64,000 nt of DNA from Minisyncoccia bacterium (GCA_965656375.1 CBFHKH010000001.1:281319-345318); one strand, 5' to 3'; counted from the first letter of the stretch, positions 9,283 through 19,657 are shown. Numbers and translations are program-made. The notes: generated by a model from the letters alone, not told the origin.

Positions 9283-10563
9283 TTAACATATCTCTGCATA
9301 AATTGTATGACTATTGCCATGCAGACGACCTGAATTTACTTCGTGTGAATCTATGGAGAGGCATTCTCTGTGCCCGCCAATCCACTTTGAAACTCCATTC
9401 ACCGTTGCAATAAAGACCCGATCAATATACGCATAGGTATGTTGGTCCATTTCATTTACTAATTGCGGCGCTTCGTGTTCCGGTTGCAATATATATGAAC
9501 CACGACTACGCATATTTTGCCGCAATTTTTTACGAAAGTTTCCGTCATTCAAAGAACCAGATATATGTCCATAGCAACCGAAAGTACCTTGAATTGGTTT
9601 AGCACGAATTCTCTTTTCAGTACCGTTAATTGATAACAATGAATCTATACCTGCGATTTCTAAATACTTAGAAAACTCACTCAGATACATAAGGCTTGCT
9701 TCGTCTTTCACTTCAAACCCCATACCCATAAGCGGCAGATATCTTTTTGTATCATTAATTCTTCGTTCATCAGTTTCTTGCCAGGCTGGATTATCAACAT
9801 TAAATGTAATGCTGTATTCCTTTATGATGCGTCTGATGGCAGAATCACTTAACAAGGGATGTTCTACTACTGTCTCGGGGCGCTTCAGCTTTTCAATTGG
9901 GTCGGATGAACGAACATACAGGAGATAACCACACTTTCCGCCATTCGACGAAAGATGTTGCAGGAACTCATCAGGCCCAAAGAATGCATCGAAACCTGAA
10001 AGATGCAGAACTTCTTCGTCAGATATGCTATCTTCTGAGCCTTTGCCGAATTCTGCTGCTTTCATAGCAACATATTTTTCCTTGGTAACTGCAAGAAGTG
10101 CGATAGGAAGGCTGTGCTTCGTACGCAAATCCTGCATCATTAATTTTGTCTCCTTGCTATACAAGGTAGACTGATTATCCGTTTCGCACGCTTTGGAAAG
10201 TAATTGATACAGTGCCCAATTATTCTCCATTTCAAATATTCGGCGTTTTAAAATTGTTTGCACTTCTTCAATCTTCATTATGGCCAATTCATCAAGCAAC
10301 TCGCTTGGTAAACCACACATGTCAATCTGTACAATCCAATTTATCGGATTACCATTTTGGTAGCAGTACCTGTAATCAGTCGGCCATTCACGGTTCGCTT
10401 TCACGAGTGAACCAAAAGCCTTGTTACATTCATCGTATATCTTACAAAGCGCATCAGTAACTACCTGAGGATACTTTACTTGATAATCGTTGAATGAATA
10501 CGTTGGTGAAAGCGAGGACTGTATAATTCCTGTTGTCACGCTAGAGTTTAATGGATGTTTCAT
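9283..10563 (-). CDS. Hypothetical protein, candidate circularly permuted ATP-grasp ligase
   Basis: ordered motifs QID, FEMEN, NDTK, AKPIQGTFG, YILQ, DRVF; own TTGACT promoter at 10612-10617. Confidence 0.55.
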   Translation of the reverse strand: MKHPLNSSVTTGIIQSSLSPTYSFNDYQVKYPQVVTDALCKIYDECNKAFGSLVKANREWPTDYRYCYQNGNPINWIVQIDMCGLPSELLDELAIMKIEEVQTILKRRIFEMENNWALYQLLSKACETDNQSTLYSKETKLMMQDLRTKHSLPIALLAVTKEKYVAMKAAEFGKGSEDSISDEEVLHLSGFDAFFGPDEFLQHLSSNGGKCGYLLYVRSSDPIEKLKRPETVVEHPLLSDSAIRRIIKEYSITFNVDNPAWQETDERRINDTKRYLPLMGMGFEVKDEASLMYLSEFSKYLEIAGIDSLLSINGTEKRIRAKPIQGTFGCYGHISGSLNDGNFRKKLRQNMRSRGSYILQPEHEAPQLVNEMDQHTYAYIDRVFIATVNGVSKWIGGHRECLSIDSHEVNSGRLHGNSHTIYAEIC

Positions 10564-10618
10564 TTTCAATTTTTTTAGTTTTGAGATATTTTTATCACAA
10601 GACTTAAGTTAAGTCAAG

Positions 10619-10644
10619 AAAAGCCGCTCAATCGAGCGGCTTTT
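10619..10644 (-). terminator. Terminator after dnaJ
   Basis: AAAAGCCGCTC-AATC-GAGCGGCTTTT. Confidence 0.8.
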
Positions 10645-10661
10645 CTAATAAGGTTTGTCAT

Positions 10662-11738
10662 CTAAATTCCCTCTTCTTTAAGTCTCTCTAACGCTTCTTT
10701 TGATTTCTTGGAAAGTTTTTTTGGCATCTCGATCTGTATACGGAGAATGATGTCACCTCGGCCGCGTGAAGATGGTACACCCTTGCCACGTACTCGAAGC
10801 AGTTCTCCATGATTAATTCCTTCAGGAATCTTTACTTCGACTATATTGCCTTCAAGAGTTTTCAAATCATATTTCATTCCGAGAAGTGCATCAGTAAGTT
10901 TGATAGGTAGATCCATTGTGAGATTTAATCCATCGCGTCTAAATGTTGGATGCACTCGTACATTGACTTTAATATACAGATCCCCAGCTTGGCCTCCTTG
11001 GATAGCTTCACCCATACTGGTCATGCGAAGCATTTCCCCTGCATTGATTCCTGCAGGAATTTTAAGTTCTATTTCTTCTTGTTTGTTGCGAACACCCTTA
11101 CCAGCACACTCCGTACATTTCTCTGAAGGAATCTTTCCATTTCCATGACAAACGTCACAAACCCGTCTTGATTCAAATGAACCAAGTATAGAACGCTTCA
11201 TTTCACGAATCTGGCCATTACCATTGCAAGTCTTGCACGTATCCATCTTGACACCAGGCTTGCCACCAGTACCTTTACAAATATCGCACACTGACTGTTT
11301 AGATAGTAAAATTGTTCGTGTCACACCGAATATTGATTCTTCAAAGGAAAGATCTATTTCCGTCGAAATATCCCTGCCACGGCGTGCTTGTTTGCTACTT
11401 CGCCCACCTCCAAAGAAATCGCCAAAAATATCTCCAAGATCACCCATGTCGAACTCTACACCACCGTTCTGAAACCCTGAAAAATCAAATCCTCCAAATC
11501 CACCTTGCGCACCTCCGTTGAATCCTTGTGGACCATCTGCACCAAAGCGATCATACTGCGCACGCTTCTGGTCATCTGAAAGGGTTTGGTATGCCTGGTT
11601 TACTTCCTTGAACTTCGAATCATCACCCTTGTTCTTATCAGGGTGGTATTTGTGTGCGAGCTTATGATACGCCTTTTTAAGCTCATCTTTCGATGCACCT
11701 TTTTGTACTCCAAGTATTTCGTAATAATCTTTTGACAT
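10662..11738 (-). CDS. dnaJ: Chaperone DnaJ
   Basis: HPD J-domain, G/F region, four CxxCxGxG repeats. Confidence 0.98.
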   Translation of the reverse strand: MSKDYYEILGVQKGASKDELKKAYHKLAHKYHPDKNKGDDSKFKEVNQAYQTLSDDQKRAQYDRFGADGPQGFNGGAQGGFGGFDFSGFQNGGVEFDMGDLGDIFGDFFGGGRSSKQARRGRDISTEIDLSFEESIFGVTRTILLSKQSVCDICKGTGGKPGVKMDTCKTCNGNGQIREMKRSILGSFESRRVCDVCHGNGKIPSEKCTECAGKGVRNKQEEIELKIPAGINAGEMLRMTSMGEAIQGGQAGDLYIKVNVRVHPTFRRDGLNLTMDLPIKLTDALLGMKYDLKTLEGNIVEVKIPEGINHGELLRVRGKGVPSSRGRGDIILRIQIEMPKKLSKKSKEALERLKEEGI

Positions 11739-11780
11739 ATTTTATATTATACACACTAACGTATATCAACACCCTAATAT

Positions 11781-11902
11781 CGTACTTCAGTAAAATAGCT
11801 CCTCTCATAGGACACGCGTAAAATTCTGCTGAATTTTCTGCTCCGCTCGACTCCGTCGAGCCTGCGCGAGTTCCTGCTCAAGGACTATTTTACTTTTGTA
11901 CG
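11781..11902. repeat. Branched palindromic intergenic element C
   Basis: AGTAAAATAG/CTATTTTACT outer stem; inner AAAATTC-TGCT-GAATTTT and GCTCGAC-TCC-GTCGAGC hairpins. Confidence 0.75.
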
Positions 11903-11913
11903 AAAACTTGAAT

Positions 11914-13806
11914 TTATTTTTGTTCTGGATTCTCGTTTACTTCAGCGTCTTTGATTTCTTCTGCCTGTTGTTCTGCAGTTGTACTTCCTTCTGGAGTTGT
12001 TCCTGCTTTTTGCATTGCTTCACCGATCTTCGATACTTCAGCAGTAAGAGCTTCAAGTGCGGATTTAATTGCGGTAATGTCTGTTCCTTCTTTTGCAGTT
12101 TTTACTGCAGCAATTTTCTCTTCTACACTTGTTTTAAGAGTCGCATCGATTTTATCTCCGTATTCTTTCAATGATTTCTCAGCTGAGAATATCATCATTT
12201 CTGCTGTATTCTTCTCATCGACAAGTTCTTTTTTCTTTGCATCTTCATCAGCATGAGCGACGGCTTCATCTTGCATGCGCTTAATATCTGCATCTGTAAG
12301 ACCAGATGATGCTTCGATACGGATTGATGATTCTTTACCTGATGCTTTATCTTTCGCTTTTACGTTGAGGATACCATTGGCATCGACATCAAATGTTACT
12401 TCAATCTGTGGCATACCACGTGGTGCTGGTGGAATATCACCAAGAATAAATCTTCCAAGTGATTTGTTGTCAGATGCCATTGGTCGCTCACCTTGAGTGA
12501 TGTGGATCTCTACAGAAGTTTGATTGTCAGCTGCCGTTGAGAATACCTGGCTCTTTGAGCTTGGAATAGTCGTATTACGCTCTACAAGCTTTGTAGCGAC
12601 TCCACCAAGTGTTTCTATACCAAGCGAGAGCGGAATAACATCAAGAAGAAGCACATCTTTTACATCTCCCTGGAGAACTCCTGCCTGAACTGCAGCACCA
12701 AGCGCTACAACTTCATCTGGGTTAATTGAACGGTTTGGTTCTTTGCCGCCAAAGAGCTTCTTGACTGCCTCTACAATCGCAGGCATGCGTGTTTGTCCAC
12801 CCACCATGATAATCTCATTGATTTCGTTCATTTTGAATGGTGATGCTTCCATTGCTCGTTTTGTAATCTCGATAGAACGAGTCACATACTCTTCAGCTAG
12901 AGTTTCAAGCGTTGCACGTGTCATTTTAAGCAGCAAATGCTGTGGACCTGCATCTGTTGATGTTATGAATGGGATGTTGATTTCTGTTTCTGGTGTAGTT
13001 GAAAGCTCAATTTTTGCTTTTTCTGCCGCTTCATCAAGACGCTGGAGGGCAAGTGGATCTTTCGTTACATCTACACCTGATTGCTTTTTGAATTCATCAG
13101 CAATCCAATTGATAATTTTTTGGTCAATATCACGACCTCCCATGTGTGAATCTCCATCTGTTGATTTCACTTCAATAACATCATTTGAAACTTCAAGTAC
13201 TGATACATCGAACGTACCACCTCCGAAGTCATACACAACGATCTTCTCATCTTTCTTTGTGTTGAATCCATACGCAAGAGCTGCTGCTGTCGGCTCATTG
13301 ATGATACGCTTCACATCAAGACCTGCAATCTGACCAGCATCCTTAGTTGCCTTACGCTGTGCGTCATTGAAATATGCAGGTACCGTAATGATTGCTTCTG
13401 TGATCTTCTCACCAAGTTTTGCTTCGACATCAGCCTTGATCTTTGAAAGGATCATTGCTGATACTTCTTCTGGTCGATACCACTTATCACCAATATTTAC
13501 TTCTGCTCCACCATCTTTACCTTTCTGAATTTTGAATGGTGCAGTTTTTTGAGTCTTTTGGATTTCTGGATCTTCGAACATGTGACCCATGAATCGCTTG
13601 ATACCGTAGATCGTATTTTGGGGATTAGTCACCGCCTGACGCTTCGCAAGAAGACCAACTAATCGATCACTATTCTTACCGATTGCCACAATTGATGGCG
13701 TTGTACGCTGACCTTCGATATTCTCAATAATTTTTGGCTGACCACCTTCAATGATGGCAACTGCACTGTTTGTTGTACCTAAATCTATTCCTATTATTTT
13801 TGACAT
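11914..13806 (-). CDS. dnaK: Chaperone DnaK
   Basis: [39 protein letters not shown]. Confidence 0.99.
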   Translation of the reverse strand: MSKIIGIDLGTTNSAVAIIEGGQPKIIENIEGQRTTPSIVAIGKNSDRLVGLLAKRQAVTNPQNTIYGIKRFMGHMFEDPEIQKTQKTAPFKIQKGKDGGAEVNIGDKWYRPEEVSAMILSKIKADVEAKLGEKITEAIITVPAYFNDAQRKATKDAGQIAGLDVKRIINEPTAAALAYGFNTKKDEKIVVYDFGGGTFDVSVLEVSNDVIEVKSTDGDSHMGGRDIDQKIINWIADEFKKQSGVDVTKDPLALQRLDEAAEKAKIELSTTPETEINIPFITSTDAGPQHLLLKMTRATLETLAEEYVTRSIEITKRAMEASPFKMNEINEIIMVGGQTRMPAIVEAVKKLFGGKEPNRSINPDEVVALGAAVQAGVLQGDVKDVLLLDVIPLSLGIETLGGVATKLVERNTTIPSSKSQVFSTAADNQTSVEIHITQGERPMASDNKSLGRFILGDIPPAPRGMPQIEVTFDVDANGILNVKAKDKASGKESSIRIEASSGLTDADIKRMQDEAVAHADEDAKKKELVDEKNTAEMMIFSAEKSLKEYGDKIDATLKTSVEEKIAAVKTAKEGTDITAIKSALEALTAEVSKIGEAMQKAGTTPEGSTTAEQQAEEIKDAEVNENPEQK

Positions 13807-13816
13807 AGTTTTATAA

Positions 13817-13920
13817 AGCGAAACAAATTATTTTATGAAAAACAGTCTGGCCTCGCTCCGCTCCAGAATTTTGTGCGAGGAGATCCGAGGACTTTTTTCA
13901 GAATATAATTTGTGGAGCTC
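13817..13920. repeat. ~100-bp palindromic dispersed element, copy B
   Basis: Reverse complement of 7651-7753 with a few substitutions/indels. Confidence 0.9.
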
Positions 13921-13940
13921 AATTAATTAATAATATTACT

Positions 13941-14207
13941 TTATTTTTCTAAATCTGATGACTGCAATGGACTCGGAATCGGTGGTGCAGTCATATCTAT
14001 GACACCAAAATCTTTCTCATACTTTTCAATTTGTTGCATGAAAAACAGTGCGATACTTTTTGCTACTTGTGGTGAAGTTGCGAATGGATCGAGACTGTTA
14101 CCAGAAGCAATTGCAAACATTATTGCTTCCTTGTTGTATGCCCCAAGAGCTCCATCTGCGAACTTCTTTGGTAACTGATTAAAATCTACTTTTGTTGGAT
14201 CTACCAT
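13941..14207 (-). CDS. Small hypothetical protein, DUF3467-like
   Basis: SPQVAKSIA...QIEKYEKDFGVI pattern; upstream of dnaK. Confidence 0.6.
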   Translation of the reverse strand: MVDPTKVDFNQLPKKFADGALGAYNKEAIMFAIASGNSLDPFATSPQVAKSIALFFMQQIEKYEKDFGVIDMTAPPIPSPLQSSDLEK

Positions 14208-14339
14208 ATATTTTTATGCCTTAATTTTAATAATTTTCGATTTCTAAAGTCATTATATAGGATGTAAATTATTTTGACAAGTATTTCGTGTCCGCAAAAT
14301 ATATGTTGATATTATATTTATAACTGTTATACTGTCAAT

Positions 14340-14885
14340 ATGGCAAAAAAACCATCAATACAGAAGGCTATTTTAAGGAGTATTTCTAGGAACAAGGCTA
14401 CTTCTTTGGAAAACGTAAAAAAAGATCTAGAAAAGGTTCTTTTGACCGATTCTGAGATGCAAAAAGGTAGCTATGCCATTACTCGCTCTATCAAAAATCT
14501 TCTTTCTGATGGCCTTATAGAGGCCTTTAATTCAGAGCATAAGCAGTACTTTAGACTTACCGGTAATGGAAAGCAAAGACTCAATAATATTGCACTTGAA
14601 GCTGAAGGGGGGCTTATATCTACAAAATGGGATGGGTACTGGAGAATAGTGCTTCTTGACCTTCCCGAAGATCGTAAAAGTGAGCGCGAAGCACTCCGTT
14701 ACCTTCTCAAAAAAGCTGGCTTCATTTGCATCAAGAATTCGGTCTGGGTGTCAATGTATCCATTCGAACATCTTTTCACAAATATAAAAAAAGATCTCAG
14801 TCTTACGACAGAGATGATGATCATGGTCACTGATAAACTTGACAGAGATACTGAAGTCGAATTTCTAAAATTGACTCAAAAATAA
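14340..14885 (+). CDS. PaaX-like transcriptional regulator (wHTH + ferredoxin-like domain)
   Basis: RLTGNGK wing; WDGYWRIVLLDLPE...GFICIKNSVW. Confidence 0.8.
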   Translation: MAKKPSIQKAILRSISRNKATSLENVKKDLEKVLLTDSEMQKGSYAITRSIKNLLSDGLIEAFNSEHKQYFRLTGNGKQRLNNIALEAEGGLISTKWDGYWRIVLLDLPEDRKSEREALRYLLKKAGFICIKNSVWVSMYPFEHLFTNIKKDLSLTTEMMIMVTDKLDRDTEVEFLKLTQK

Positions 14886-14903
14886 AACTCCAATACTGGA
14901 GTT

Positions 14904-15494
14904 TTATTTTTGATATTCAAAGATAGTTACTCGCGCAGGACGCACTACTCGCTCGCCTATCTTAAATCCTGCTTGGATTACTTTTTCAATTGTATGATCT
15001 TTTGATTGATCGTCAGTCGGGATACTTTCGATAGATTGGTGGAGATTCGGATCAAATAAAACATTTGTCTTGTCAATTTTTTCTATCCCTGAATCAGCAA
15101 GTCCAGTTATGATCTGCTGGTAAATATATTCCACACCAGTACGCCAGTTTGGATCAACTTTTTCCCACGCATCTTTATTCCCCATTGCCATATCAAAACT
15201 ATCAATCGCCGGAAGTAGGTTTTCTACCATCTTTTCTTTTGTGATGATTGATGTAGCGCTTCTCACTTGATCCATTTCTTTTTGAAGATTTACATAATCG
15301 GCTTTTGCTCTTTGCCAGCCTGTCAAATATTCCTCTTTATCTAGACGGGCTTGTTTTAAATCATCGCGAAGTTTCTTTGCTACATCTTTTGTAGGTAGCG
15401 AATCTCCATCTTCTGTACTTGGAACAACTTCGACATCGTCAAATGCTTCCAAGATTTCTTCTTCTACATTTTTTGACTTGTGTTCATCACTCAT
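14904..15494 (-). CDS. grpE: Nucleotide exchange factor GrpE
   Basis: RAKADYVN, FDPNLHQ, GFKIGERVVRPARV. Confidence 0.96.
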   Translation of the reverse strand: MSDEHKSKNVEEEILEAFDDVEVVPSTEDGDSLPTKDVAKKLRDDLKQARLDKEEYLTGWQRAKADYVNLQKEMDQVRSATSIITKEKMVENLLPAIDSFDMAMGNKDAWEKVDPNWRTGVEYIYQQIITGLADSGIEKIDKTNVLFDPNLHQSIESIPTDDQSKDHTIEKVIQAGFKIGERVVRPARVTIFEYQK

Positions 15495-15533
15495 AGCGTT
15501 CCCAGTATACAGAAAAATATATTTTTTTCAAAA

Positions 15534-16754
15534 TTATCTTTCTATCCTGTAAAGCTTATAAATAACACCTCTTTCATCATCTGAGATATATACAGTGCCA
15601 CCCGGAGATACCTGTATATCTACGGGCCTACCATTTTTCTTGCCATTTTTATCTAAAAAGCCCGTGATAAAATCTTCAGTGCCAAGATAATTACCTTTTT
15701 CATCGAGTTTAATTCGGACAACTTTGTATCCTGTTGGATCTGATCTATTCCATGATCCATGGTATGCAACAAGCAGGTTGTACCAGTATTCTTCTGGCCA
15801 ACCTTCCTCAGGAATAAAATCAAGTCCGAGCGGTGCTGAATGAGCTTCTAAATCTATATGTGATGGAGTTTCAAATGGCTCCATACATGGGTTTCGAATA
15901 TATGTTTTTTTATCAAACTCTGTATCATGAATATTCTTACCATAGCAAATCGGCCACCCATAATACTTTCCTTTCTCAACGATGTTAATCTCATCAGGCG
16001 GTGTAGTATCACCTAATCCATCACGTCCCATCTCCGTAGCCCATACCTTTCCATCAACAGGATTTGTAGTCATAAATACTGCGTTACGAAGACCTCTAGC
16101 GTACGTATCGAGTTTGTTTGTGACAATATTATAGGAAAGAATGGTGCCTTGTTTCTGATCCTTTTCTACACAAACATTGCATGAAGATCCTACAGAGATG
16201 AGAAGTGTATTGGAATATCCATCTGGCTCATTTGATGGTAGCCACATGATTGATCTGCTGTAGTGTCGATCCGTTGGATACGATGGGAGATCAACAAGTT
16301 TCTTGCCATTATACGCCTTCTCATCATCAAAATTATATCGAGAAAGTTTTCCATGCTCTGCTACATAAAGGTAATTTTGCCCACCTTCCCCCCACTCTGC
16401 TAATCCATGCGGTTTGTCGAGGCCATCTAAAATGACTTTCTTTGTCTCTGCCACTCCGTCATTATCAGTATCTTTTACAAGCGTTACTTTGCCTTCGCTT
16501 GTTTGGGTAACTAAAATTCCGGAACCTATGGGAAGCATTGTTCGTACACCTGGTACATCTTTTGCAAAAATCGAAATGCCAAATCCATCAGGAACCTTCA
16601 AATATGAGAGTGAAGATCCTTGATTAGTTTCATTTGAGATTTGATCATTTTTAGGAGGAATAGTAACAGAGCCGATTTCTTTTTTAAATACATACCATCC
16701 AATAAGGATCAGTCCGAGCATCGCTATGCTAATATATATTGCTTTTTTAGTCAT
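15534..16754 (-). CDS. PQQ-dependent sugar/sorbosone dehydrogenase family protein
   Basis: GSSCNVC, GLRNAV, YGWP, AHSAPLG, YHGSWNR, GRPVD; N-terminal anchor. Confidence 0.9.
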   Translation of the reverse strand: MTKKAIYISIAMLGLILIGWYVFKKEIGSVTIPPKNDQISNETNQGSSLSYLKVPDGFGISIFAKDVPGVRTMLPIGSGILVTQTSEGKVTLVKDTDNDGVAETKKVILDGLDKPHGLAEWGEGGQNYLYVAEHGKLSRYNFDDEKAYNGKKLVDLPSYPTDRHYSRSIMWLPSNEPDGYSNTLLISVGSSCNVCVEKDQKQGTILSYNIVTNKLDTYARGLRNAVFMTTNPVDGKVWATEMGRDGLGDTTPPDEINIVEKGKYYGWPICYGKNIHDTEFDKKTYIRNPCMEPFETPSHIDLEAHSAPLGLDFIPEEGWPEEYWYNLLVAYHGSWNRSDPTGYKVVRIKLDEKGNYLGTEDFITGFLDKNGKKNGRPVDIQVSPGGTVYISDDERGVIYKLYRIER

Positions 16755-16789
16755 ATTTTAATTATAGACTTATACTCAGTTGATGCAAG

Positions 16790-16828
16790 ACAACAAAAAA
16801 CATCCCTACAAAAGGGATGTTTTTTGTT
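16790..16828 (-). terminator. Terminator of ribosomal protein operon
   Basis: CAACAAAAAACATCCCT-ACAAA-AGGGATGTTTTTTGTTG. Confidence 0.8.
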
Positions 16829-16829
16829 G

Positions 16830-17240
16830 TTAACGTTTTGACCACTGTGGTGACTTTCGAGCCTTCTTGAGACCGAATTTCTTTCGCTCAACTTGGCGAG
16901 GATCACGCTTAAGCATTTTTGCTTTCTTTAGTGGTGTGCGGAGTTCTCCATCAAAGAGAACGAGCGCACGTGAGATTCCATGACGTACAGCTTCTGCCTG
17001 TGCATGTGAGCCACCACCTTTTGTTGTGACTACTACTTCAAATTTCTCACTCGGAGCTGAAGTTTCAAATGCGCCAGTAACAATTTTCTTGAGCTCTGCT
17101 GTTGGGAAATATACTGCGAGATCCTTTCCATTTATATCGTAGCTTGTCTTTGAAGCTTTGATGAGTTTTACAACCGCGGTCGCAGTTTTTCGGCGGCCGA
17201 TTGCTCTGAAGTATTCCTTTGTAGATGTTTTCTTTTCCAT
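16830..17240 (-). CDS. rpsI: 30S ribosomal protein S9
   Basis: GRRKTA, ERKKFGLKKARKSPQWSKR. Confidence 0.98.
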   Translation of the reverse strand: MEKKTSTKEYFRAIGRRKTATAVVKLIKASKTSYDINGKDLAVYFPTAELKKIVTGAFETSAPSEKFEVVVTTKGGGSHAQAEAVRHGISRALVLFDGELRTPLKKAKMLKRDPRQVERKKFGLKKARKSPQWSKR

Positions 17241-17243
17241 ATA

Positions 17244-17594
17244 TTATTCGCTAATTGTTAAGCGCTTCATCATAAGTGGGCGAAGCTTGTTGCTTGGAAG
17301 CATACCGTAGACTGCGAGCTCATAGAGACCTTTCCAACCTTTTTTCTCTACGATTTTCTGATTGGTATCTTGCTTGAAGCCGCCTGGATATCCTGAATAA
17401 CGCTCATGGAGGGTCTCCTTCATGCGGCGTTCTGACATCTTTGTCTCTTTTGCATTTGTTATGTATACGCGAACATCAGCGACTTTGTTTGGAACATAGT
17501 CAGGTGAATTCTTACCCATAAGAGCCTTAGCAGCAGCTGATGCCACTCGTCCAAAGGTTTTTCCGCTTGCGTCGATTGTGTGTGTTGTTGCCAT
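17244..17594 (-). CDS. rplM: 50S ribosomal protein L13
   Basis: IDASGKTFGRVAS, YSGYPGG, AVYGMLP. Confidence 0.95.
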   Translation of the reverse strand: MATTHTIDASGKTFGRVASAAAKALMGKNSPDYVPNKVADVRVYITNAKETKMSERRMKETLHERYSGYPGGFKQDTNQKIVEKKGWKGLYELAVYGMLPSNKLRPLMMKRLTISE

Positions 17595-17599
17595 ATATA

Positions 17600-17953
17600 T
17601 TATATAAATTCTATTACTGCCATTTTACTTGCATCTCCAGCGCGTCGTGGGAGCTTTGTAATGCGAGTATATCCTCCTGCCTGACCTTTATACTTTGGAG
17701 CAATGGTATCGATAAGTTTGTTTGCTTCACTTGTAAGATTGTATACGCGAGATATAACCAAACGGCGTGATGCAAGCGTACCTACGTTTGCCTTTGTTAC
17801 AAGTTTCTCAATCATTGGGCGAAGTTCTTTTGCCTTGGCTTCAGTTGTTTCTATGCGGCCGTGAGCAATAAGCGCAAGCATCAAGCCTTTCAGTAGAGCT
17901 TCTCTCTGATTCTTCGGTCTTCCAAATTTTCGTACGTTGCTGTGATGTCTCAT
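17600..17953 (-). CDS. rplQ: 50S ribosomal protein L17
   Basis: MRH, IETTEAKAKE, GGYTRI. Confidence 0.98.
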   Translation of the reverse strand: MRHHSNVRKFGRPKNQREALLKGLMLALIAHGRIETTEAKAKELRPMIEKLVTKANVGTLASRRLVISRVYNLTSEANKLIDTIAPKYKGQAGGYTRITKLPRRAGDASKMAVIEFI

Positions 17954-17963
17954 ATAATATAGT

Positions 17964-17991
17964 GCTAGTTGCTAAATGCTAATGGCTAATT
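17964..17991. repeat. Tandem heptamer GCTANNN x4
   Basis: GCTAGTT GCTAAAT GCTAATG GCTAATT. Confidence 0.75.
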
Positions 17992-17992
17992 A

Positions 17993-18970
17993 TTACTTCA
18001 GTGTTATTCCGTATTCACCAAGAACCTTCTTGATCTCTTGTATACCTTTATCACCAATGCCTTCGATCTCAAGTAAATCCTCTTTCTTCTTACGTGCAAC
18101 GCCACCGATAGTACGGATATTTGCACCTGTAAGCGCATTTAGCGTGCGAGTAGAAAGATCAAGGGTATCAATACGAGTCTTTAATATATCAGTGAACTCA
18201 TTCCCGCCAGTAACTTCTTTTGATTCTTTGCTTTCTGCTGATTCAATTTCAGGCATTGAAGCTACATTTCTTTTTGACTCAATAGTAAATCCAACAATTG
18301 CCTGTAATTGTTCTACCATAATAGTGATAGCCTGTTCAAGTGCTTCACGAGGAGTCATCGTGCCGTCTGTTTCAATCGTCATGCGAAGGCGATTGTGATT
18401 AGTTTTATCACCAACACGCATGTTTTCTACTTCATAAGAAACACGACGAATCGGAGTAAAGATTGCATCTACAGCAATAGTGCCAACTTCTGTTTTGGCT
18501 TTTTGATGAACATCCTTTGGTACAAATCCAAGACCTTTTTCCACAACCATTTCAATAGAAAGAGTGTTCTTACCTGTAACCTCAGCAATGTGAAGATTCT
18601 TGTTCAGTACTTCTACTTGACCAGAAACTTCAATATCACCTGCAGTAACAGTCTTTGGTCCTTTGATTGAAAGTTTGACTGTCTGTGGCTCATCAGTTGT
18701 AAGGCGGAAACGAACCTGCTTGAGGTGAAGTAGTATTGTAATGACATCTTCCTTTACGCCATCAAGCACAGAGAATTCGTGATCAGCACCTTCAATTTTG
18801 AGACTTGTAATAGCAGCACCAGTAAGTGACGAGAGTATAATACGGCGAAGTGAATTGCCGAGGGTATGCCCATACCCAGGGTAAAGACCATCAATTTCAT
18901 AGACACCTTTTGTGTCTACTTCAGAAACGATAGATAATTTTGATGGTAATATGATATTTAGATCAGTCAT
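17993..18970 (-). CDS. rpoA: RNA polymerase subunit alpha
   Basis: GYGHTLGNSLRRIILSS, DAIFTPI, alpha-CTD. Confidence 0.99.
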   Translation of the reverse strand: MTDLNIILPSKLSIVSEVDTKGVYEIDGLYPGYGHTLGNSLRRIILSSLTGAAITSLKIEGADHEFSVLDGVKEDVITILLHLKQVRFRLTTDEPQTVKLSIKGPKTVTAGDIEVSGQVEVLNKNLHIAEVTGKNTLSIEMVVEKGLGFVPKDVHQKAKTEVGTIAVDAIFTPIRRVSYEVENMRVGDKTNHNRLRMTIETDGTMTPREALEQAITIMVEQLQAIVGFTIESKRNVASMPEIESAESKESKEVTGGNEFTDILKTRIDTLDLSTRTLNALTGANIRTIGGVARKKKEDLLEIEGIGDKGIQEIKKVLGEYGITLK

Positions 18971-19031
18971 ATGTATATAAAGCTATAAAGCTTGCAAATT
19001 AATTATAAAAAATTAACCGATGCGTATGTCT

Positions 19032-19640
19032 TTAACGACTATAGAACTCAAGCACAGTGTTAAGGTCAAGGTAGCCTTCTACATTTTTTGGCTTGCCTTG
19101 CACTACTCCAGATAATTTCTCAACATCAAAAGTAAGCCAGTTCGGAAGTGTATACTCTTTCATTTTCTTTGCCATATCAGCGAATAAGACACTTTTTTGA
19201 CTTCCTGGACGAACTGCGATCACATCTCCAACTTTTACTTTCTGTGAAGCAATCGTAGTTTTCTTGCCATTTACAGTAATGTGCCCATGGGAGACCATTT
19301 GTCGTGAAAGTCTGCGAGTATGCGCAAGGCCGTAACGGTACACAACGTTATCGAGACGTGTTTCGAGAAGTTCAAAAAGATGTTCAGTTGCTGGTGCACC
19401 TTTGAAAGCAACAGCTTCGTTGATGTAGTTTTGGAATTGCTTTTCACTGATTCCATACATAAAACGAACTTTCTGTTTTTCAACGAATTGAAGTGCGTAG
19501 CCAGAAAGTTGCTTTGGGCGCTTGCTTTTTGAAGCCTTAGCATGGCGAGCTTCAGACGCAACGAACTTTGGTGTTTGACATTTTTCAAATACTCCTGGTC
19601 CTAGACGTCTGCACATTTTATATTTTTGAACTGTTTTCAT
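19032..19640 (-). CDS. rpsD: 30S ribosomal protein S4
   Basis: EKQKVRFMYG, LETRLDNVVYR, RQMVSHGH. Confidence 0.98.
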   Translation of the reverse strand: MKTVQKYKMCRRLGPGVFEKCQTPKFVASEARHAKASKSKRPKQLSGYALQFVEKQKVRFMYGISEKQFQNYINEAVAFKGAPATEHLFELLETRLDNVVYRYGLAHTRRLSRQMVSHGHITVNGKKTTIASQKVKVGDVIAVRPGSQKSVLFADMAKKMKEYTLPNWLTFDVEKLSGVVQGKPKNVEGYLDLNTVLEFYSR

Positions 19641-19657
19641 ATGTATTGTTTAAAAAA

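Noticed and set aside
11896-13333. Long plus-strand ORFs opposite dnaK (also opposite gyrA, rpsA, typA)
   Set aside because: Antisense shadows of codon-biased genes with no recognisable motifs.
14340-14885. Cas2-like segment suggesting CRISPR-Cas
   Set aside because: It is the PaaX-type domain behind a wHTH; no cas1 or repeat-spacer array in the window.
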